Part shown: positions 60,664 through 64,000 of the stretch, piece after piece | Layout: each line of letters starts with the position of its first letter | Position numbering within the stretch: the first letter of the stretch is position 1 | Assembly (NCBI GenBank): GCA_038210495.1 | Contig: JBBQWR010000007.1 | Coordinates: 1 to 64,000, forward strand | Direction of reading: 5' to 3' | Length of the DNA stretch: 64,000 bases | Source of the DNA: Pirellulales bacterium | GTDB taxonomy: Bacteria; Planctomycetota; Planctomycetia; Pirellulales; DATAWG01 | The notes under the pieces: generated by a model | What the model was told of the DNA's origin: nothing | The model's input: the letters and a program-made list of their open reading frames with translations, nothing else | Databases searched by the model: none | Translations under genes and position numbers: made by a program

Positions 60664-61653
60664 ATGGTCCGTCGTTTTCGTTCGGTTGAATATCGCCGCT
60701 CGCCCGAGGACCCACCCGTGAGAGATTTCCTAGCGTCCGCGTTGATTCTGTCTAGCTTTGTTGCCGCGTCTTCTATCGCGCCCTCCGCGATTCGGGCGGC
60801 GGAAGAGCCGGCAATCCGACATTCGTTCTTCGTCGCCGGTCCCAATTTCACCGGCATTATCGGCGAGGGTGGCAAGCAGGTCTGGGACTCGGGGCGGCCG
60901 GGCGCTCGCGACGGCTATGTGCTCGAAAACGGCAACGTGCTGATTGCCTGGGGCGATGTCGCCCGAGAATTCACGCGCGACAAGAATGTCGTGTTCGAGT
61001 ACAAGAAATCGGCCGACAGCGGTGAGCTCGGCACGATCGAACGATTGGAAAACGGGCGAACGCTGATTACCGAGCTCGGCCCGAAGCCGAGGCTCATGGA
61101 GGTCGAAAAGAACGGCAAAGTCGCGGTCAGTGTTCCGCTTCAGCCGGAAACCGACAACGCCCACATGCAGACCCGGATGGCTCGCAAGTTGCCAAACGGC
61201 AATTATCTCGTGCCGCATCTGCTGGCCTTCAAAGTGAAGGAGTACACACCCGAGGGGAAAATCGTGCGCGAGTTCAAAACCGATTTGGATGAGCTCGGCG
61301 GGCGAAAAGCCGAGAATTGGCCGTTCACCGCGATCCGCCTCGCCGATGGCCACACGCTCGTGAATCTGACTCACGGCAACAAAACGGTCGAGCTGAACGA
61401 CAAAGGCGACGTGGTTTGGAAAATCAGCAACGACGATTTTTCCGAAAAGCCATTCGCCGATCCATGCGGCGCCCAGCGCTTGCCCAATGGCAACACGGTG
61501 ATCGCGAGCTACGCCGCCACCGGCCCGATCAAGATCTTCGAAGTCACGCCGGACAAGAAGCTCGTGTGGCAATACACGGGGTCCGAGCACGCCCACGAGA
61601 TTCAAATCCTGACGACTAACGGCAAACCGATCTCCGGCACGCCGTTAAAGTAG
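60664..61653 (+). CDS. Secreted beta-propeller-like protein with repeated NGN motifs (hypothetical)
   Basis: Signal-like segment LASALILSSFVAASSIAPSAIRAAEE. Repeats ENGNVLIAWGD / ENGRTLITE / PNGNYLVPH / ADGHTLVNL / PNGNTVIAS suggest a PQQ/WD-like beta-propeller. The start could alternatively be the GTG at ~60716. Confidence 0.5.
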   Translation: MVRRFRSVEYRRSPEDPPVRDFLASALILSSFVAASSIAPSAIRAAEEPAIRHSFFVAGPNFTGIIGEGGKQVWDSGRPGARDGYVLENGNVLIAWGDVAREFTRDKNVVFEYKKSADSGELGTIERLENGRTLITELGPKPRLMEVEKNGKVAVSVPLQPETDNAHMQTRMARKLPNGNYLVPHLLAFKVKEYTPEGKIVREFKTDLDELGGRKAENWPFTAIRLADGHTLVNLTHGNKTVELNDKGDVVWKISNDDFSEKPFADPCGAQRLPNGNTVIASYAATGPIKIFEVTPDKKLVWQYTGSEHAHEIQILTTNGKPISGTPLK

Positions 61654-61729
61654 GAACGCGAATTGGCCATGAACCACCTTACGGGGGCGGCCCGTGAAAT
61701 CGCGAACTCCCATCGCCGGATGACGCGAT

Positions 61730-64000
61730 CTATCGCACGATCGGATCTTCAATCGACTCGCGCTCGAAGGTGAATTCGCCGTCGCGGAAGTCGACCTTGA
61801 TTTTGGCGCCTTCGGAGATGCCCTTGAGGACTTCGGTGGCCAGTGGATTTTGGATCTGCTGCTGAATGACTCGCTTGAGCGGTCGGGCGCCGAAGGTCGG
61901 ATCGTAGCCGCGGGCGGCGATTTCATCGAGAGCCGCCTCGGTCACTTCCAAGCTCAGCCCTGCTTCGGCGGCCTGGTCGAGCAGTCTTTCGACTTGAATC
62001 TCGCCGATGAGCCGAATCTGCCGCTCGCCGAGCGGGCGGAAAATAATCGTTTCGTCCACGCGATTGAGAAACTCGGGCAAGAACCGCTCTTGCAGAGCTT
62101 CTTTGATCGCCGTGCGAATCTCTTCTTCCGTTCCCTTTTCGCGGGTGATCTCCTGAATCATCTGGCTGCCGATGTTCGAGGTCATCACGACGATCGTGTT
62201 GGTGAAGTCGACCGTGTGGCCGAGATTGTCGGTCAGCCGGCCCTCGTCGAGCACTTGCAGCAAAATGTTGAAGACGTCGCGGTGAGCCTTTTCGATTTCG
62301 TCGAGCAGGACCACTGAATAGGGGCGGCGGCGGACGGCTTCGGTCAGGCGGCCCCCTTCTTCGTAGCCTACGTACCCTGGGGGAGCCCCGATGAGCCGGC
62401 TGACGGTGTGCCGTTCCATGAATTCGCTCATGTCGAGCCGGACCATCGCTCGCTCGTCGTCGAAGAGCACCTCCGCGAGCGCCTTGCAAAGCTCCGTTTT
62501 GCCGACGCCCGTGGGACCCAAGAAAATAAACGAGCCGATCGGCCGATGCGGATCTTGCAGGCCCGATCGATTGCGGCGAACGGCGTTGGCGACGGCGTCG
62601 ACCGCCTCTTCTTGACCGACGACGCGCTGATGCAGTCGTTCTTCGAGGACCAGCAGCTTCGCCCGCTCGCTTTCGAGCAGCCGGGTGAGCGGGATGCCAG
62701 TCCAGGCGCTCACGACCTCGGCGATTTCCTCGGGCCCGACTTCCTGGCGAAGCAGGCGCCGGGTCTTGCTCGCTTGAGTGGCGGGCTGGGCGGCCGTTTC
62801 CGTTTCGATGGCGGTGGCGAGCTTCTTGCGCTGAACGTCTAGCTCGTAAAGTTTTTGGTAGAGGTCTTCGCCGACGATGCTGCCCGAGGCTTGTGTTTCC
62901 TTGATCGTCGCGCTGGCCTTGTCGAATTCTCGCTCGACGGCGGCGAGCTTTTGCCGCGTTTGTTGCACGTCGCCGATGCCCAGTTTTTCGGCTTCCCACT
63001 GCTCGCGGAGACTGGCCAGCTTGTGGCGGAGCGATTGCATTTCCTCTTCGATGTCGCCGAGCCGTTCGCGGGTATGCTCTTCGGTCTCGTCGGCCAATTG
63101 CCGAGCGGCTAGCTCCAGTTGCACGAGTCGCCGCTGCACTTGGTCGATCTCGGACGGCACGCTTTCTAGCTCCATCGCCACGCGGCTGGCCGCCTCGTCC
63201 ATTAAATCGATCGCCTTGTCGGGCAAGAAACGATCGGGAATATAACGTGTCGACAACTTCGTCGCGGCCACGAGCGCCGAGTCTTTGATCTTTACGCCGT
63301 GATGCTCTTCGTATCGAGACTTGAGACCGCGGAGGATGGCGATCGTGTCTTCGATCGACGGCTCTCCGACCGTAACGGGCTGAAACCGGCGCTCCAGCGC
63401 GGCGTCTTTTTCGACGTGCTTGCGGTATTCGTCCAGTGTTGTGGCGCCGATGCAATGCAGCGATCCGCGGGCGAGAGCCGGCTTGAGCAGATTCGCGGCG
63501 TCGTTGGCGCCCTCGGCCGCCCCGGCGCCGATGACGGTGTGCAGTTCGTCGATGAACAGCACAATCTTGCCCTGGGACGATTCGACCTCGCGGAGCACGG
63601 CCTTTAGACGCTCTTCGAACTCGCCGCGAAATTTCGTGCCGGCGATGAGCGCGCCCATGTCCAGCGCGATGACCTGCTTGTCCTTCAGACTCTGCGGGAC
63701 GTCGCCGTTCACGATCCGCACGGCGAGTCCTTCGACGATTGCCGTTTTGCCGACGCCCGGTTCGCCGATCAGCACCGGGTTGTTCTTCGTCCGCCGTGAA
63801 AGAACCTGAATCACGCGGCGAATCTCTTGATCGCGGCCGATGACCGGGTCGAGCTTCTGCTGCCGGGCCCGTTGGACGAGATCGATCCCATACTTTTTCA
63901 GGGCCTGAAATTTCTCCTCCGGATTCTGATCGGTCACGCGAGCCGAGCCGCGAATCTCGCGCAGCGCGGCGAGCAATTCCTTCTCGCCAACGGCGTTCAG
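61730..64000 (-). CDS. clpB: ATP-dependent chaperone ClpB (5'-truncated by the window end; N-terminal domain lies beyond 64000)
   Basis: Two AAA+ modules ([15 protein letters not shown]; [15 protein letters not shown]), a long coiled-coil M-domain and C-terminal [10 protein letters not shown]. The frame stays open to the window edge. Confidence 0.95.
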   Translation of the reverse strand: MNAVGEKELLAALREIRGSARVTDQNPEEKFQALKKYGIDLVQRARQQKLDPVIGRDQEIRRVIQVLSRRTKNNPVLIGEPGVGKTAIVEGLAVRIVNGDVPQSLKDKQVIALDMGALIAGTKFRGEFEERLKAVLREVESSQGKIVLFIDELHTVIGAGAAEGANDAANLLKPALARGSLHCIGATTLDEYRKHVEKDAALERRFQPVTVGEPSIEDTIAILRGLKSRYEEHHGVKIKDSALVAATKLSTRYIPDRFLPDKAIDLMDEAASRVAMELESVPSEIDQVQRRLVQLELAARQLADETEEHTRERLGDIEEEMQSLRHKLASLREQWEAEKLGIGDVQQTRQKLAAVEREFDKASATIKETQASGSIVGEDLYQKLYELDVQRKKLATAIETETAAQPATQASKTRRLLRQEVGPEEIAEVVSAWTGIPLTRLLESERAKLLVLEERLHQRVVGQEEAVDAVANAVRRNRSGLQDPHRPIGSFIFLGPTGVGKTELCKALAEVLFDDERAMVRLDMSEFMERHTVSRLIGAPPGYVGYEEGGRLTEAVRRRPYSVVLLDEIEKAHRDVFNILLQVLDEGRLTDNLGHTVDFTNTIVVMTSNIGSQMIQEITREKGTEEEIRTAIKEALQERFLPEFLNRVDETIIFRPLGERQIRLIGEIQVERLLDQAAEAGLSLEVTEAALDEIAARGYDPTFGARPLKRVIQQQIQNPLATEVLKGISEGAKIKVDFRDGEFTFERESIEDPIVR

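Noticed and set aside
61923-63455. 510-aa Arg-rich minus-strand ORF and several plus-strand ORFs inside clpB
   Set aside because: They overlap the clpB coding frame, which has unambiguous AAA+ motifs; spurious.

Overview
High-GC bacterial chromosome segment, probably Planctomycetota (Pirellulales-like), inferred from giant multidomain proteins, frequent lack of Shine-Dalgarno sequences and low-complexity tails on housekeeping proteins. Core genes: epimerase, ffh-rpsP-trmD-rplS cluster without rimM, yraN, a GT-C-like membrane protein, an NhaD/ArsB-type permease next to a P-II protein, a fused-TMD ABC permease, an SPFH/band-7 protein, korAB, enoyl-CoA hydratase, aldo/keto reductase, a 2887-aa TPR/alpha-2-macroglobulin/TPR protein, truB, a larA-like gene, two tandem PLP trans-sulfuration enzymes, a CE15-like esterase, carB, mutL, argH, a sigma-54 activator and clpB (5' truncated by the window end). 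Mobile DNA: an apparently complete bacterial group II intron with an RT/maturase ORF on the minus strand (~42285-44242), next to a possible IS transposase remnant and a frameshifted ROK kinase. No tRNA, rRNA or CRISPR array was recognised. The most unusual feature is an abundance of structured intergenic repeats. Several families of heptanucleotide tandem arrays (GTGAAGC/GTGGGGC, GTGGCGA/GTGGCGG, GTCGGGA/GACGGGA, TGACGAA) sit immediately 5' of start codons, and the arrays at 56440-56500 and 58988-59051 both show a 5+3 unit organisation. At least three REP-like palindrome families are present (GAGCGGGGAGCGTAAGCTCCCTGTCC; GCCGCGCACGAAGTAAGCGCGG arms; GTCAGGCA-N5-TGCCTGAC). There is a ~230-bp nested palindrome at 13145-13377 and a cluster of seven GC mini-hairpins at 33945-34172. 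All functional calls are inferred from the translated sequence by eye, without database searches.
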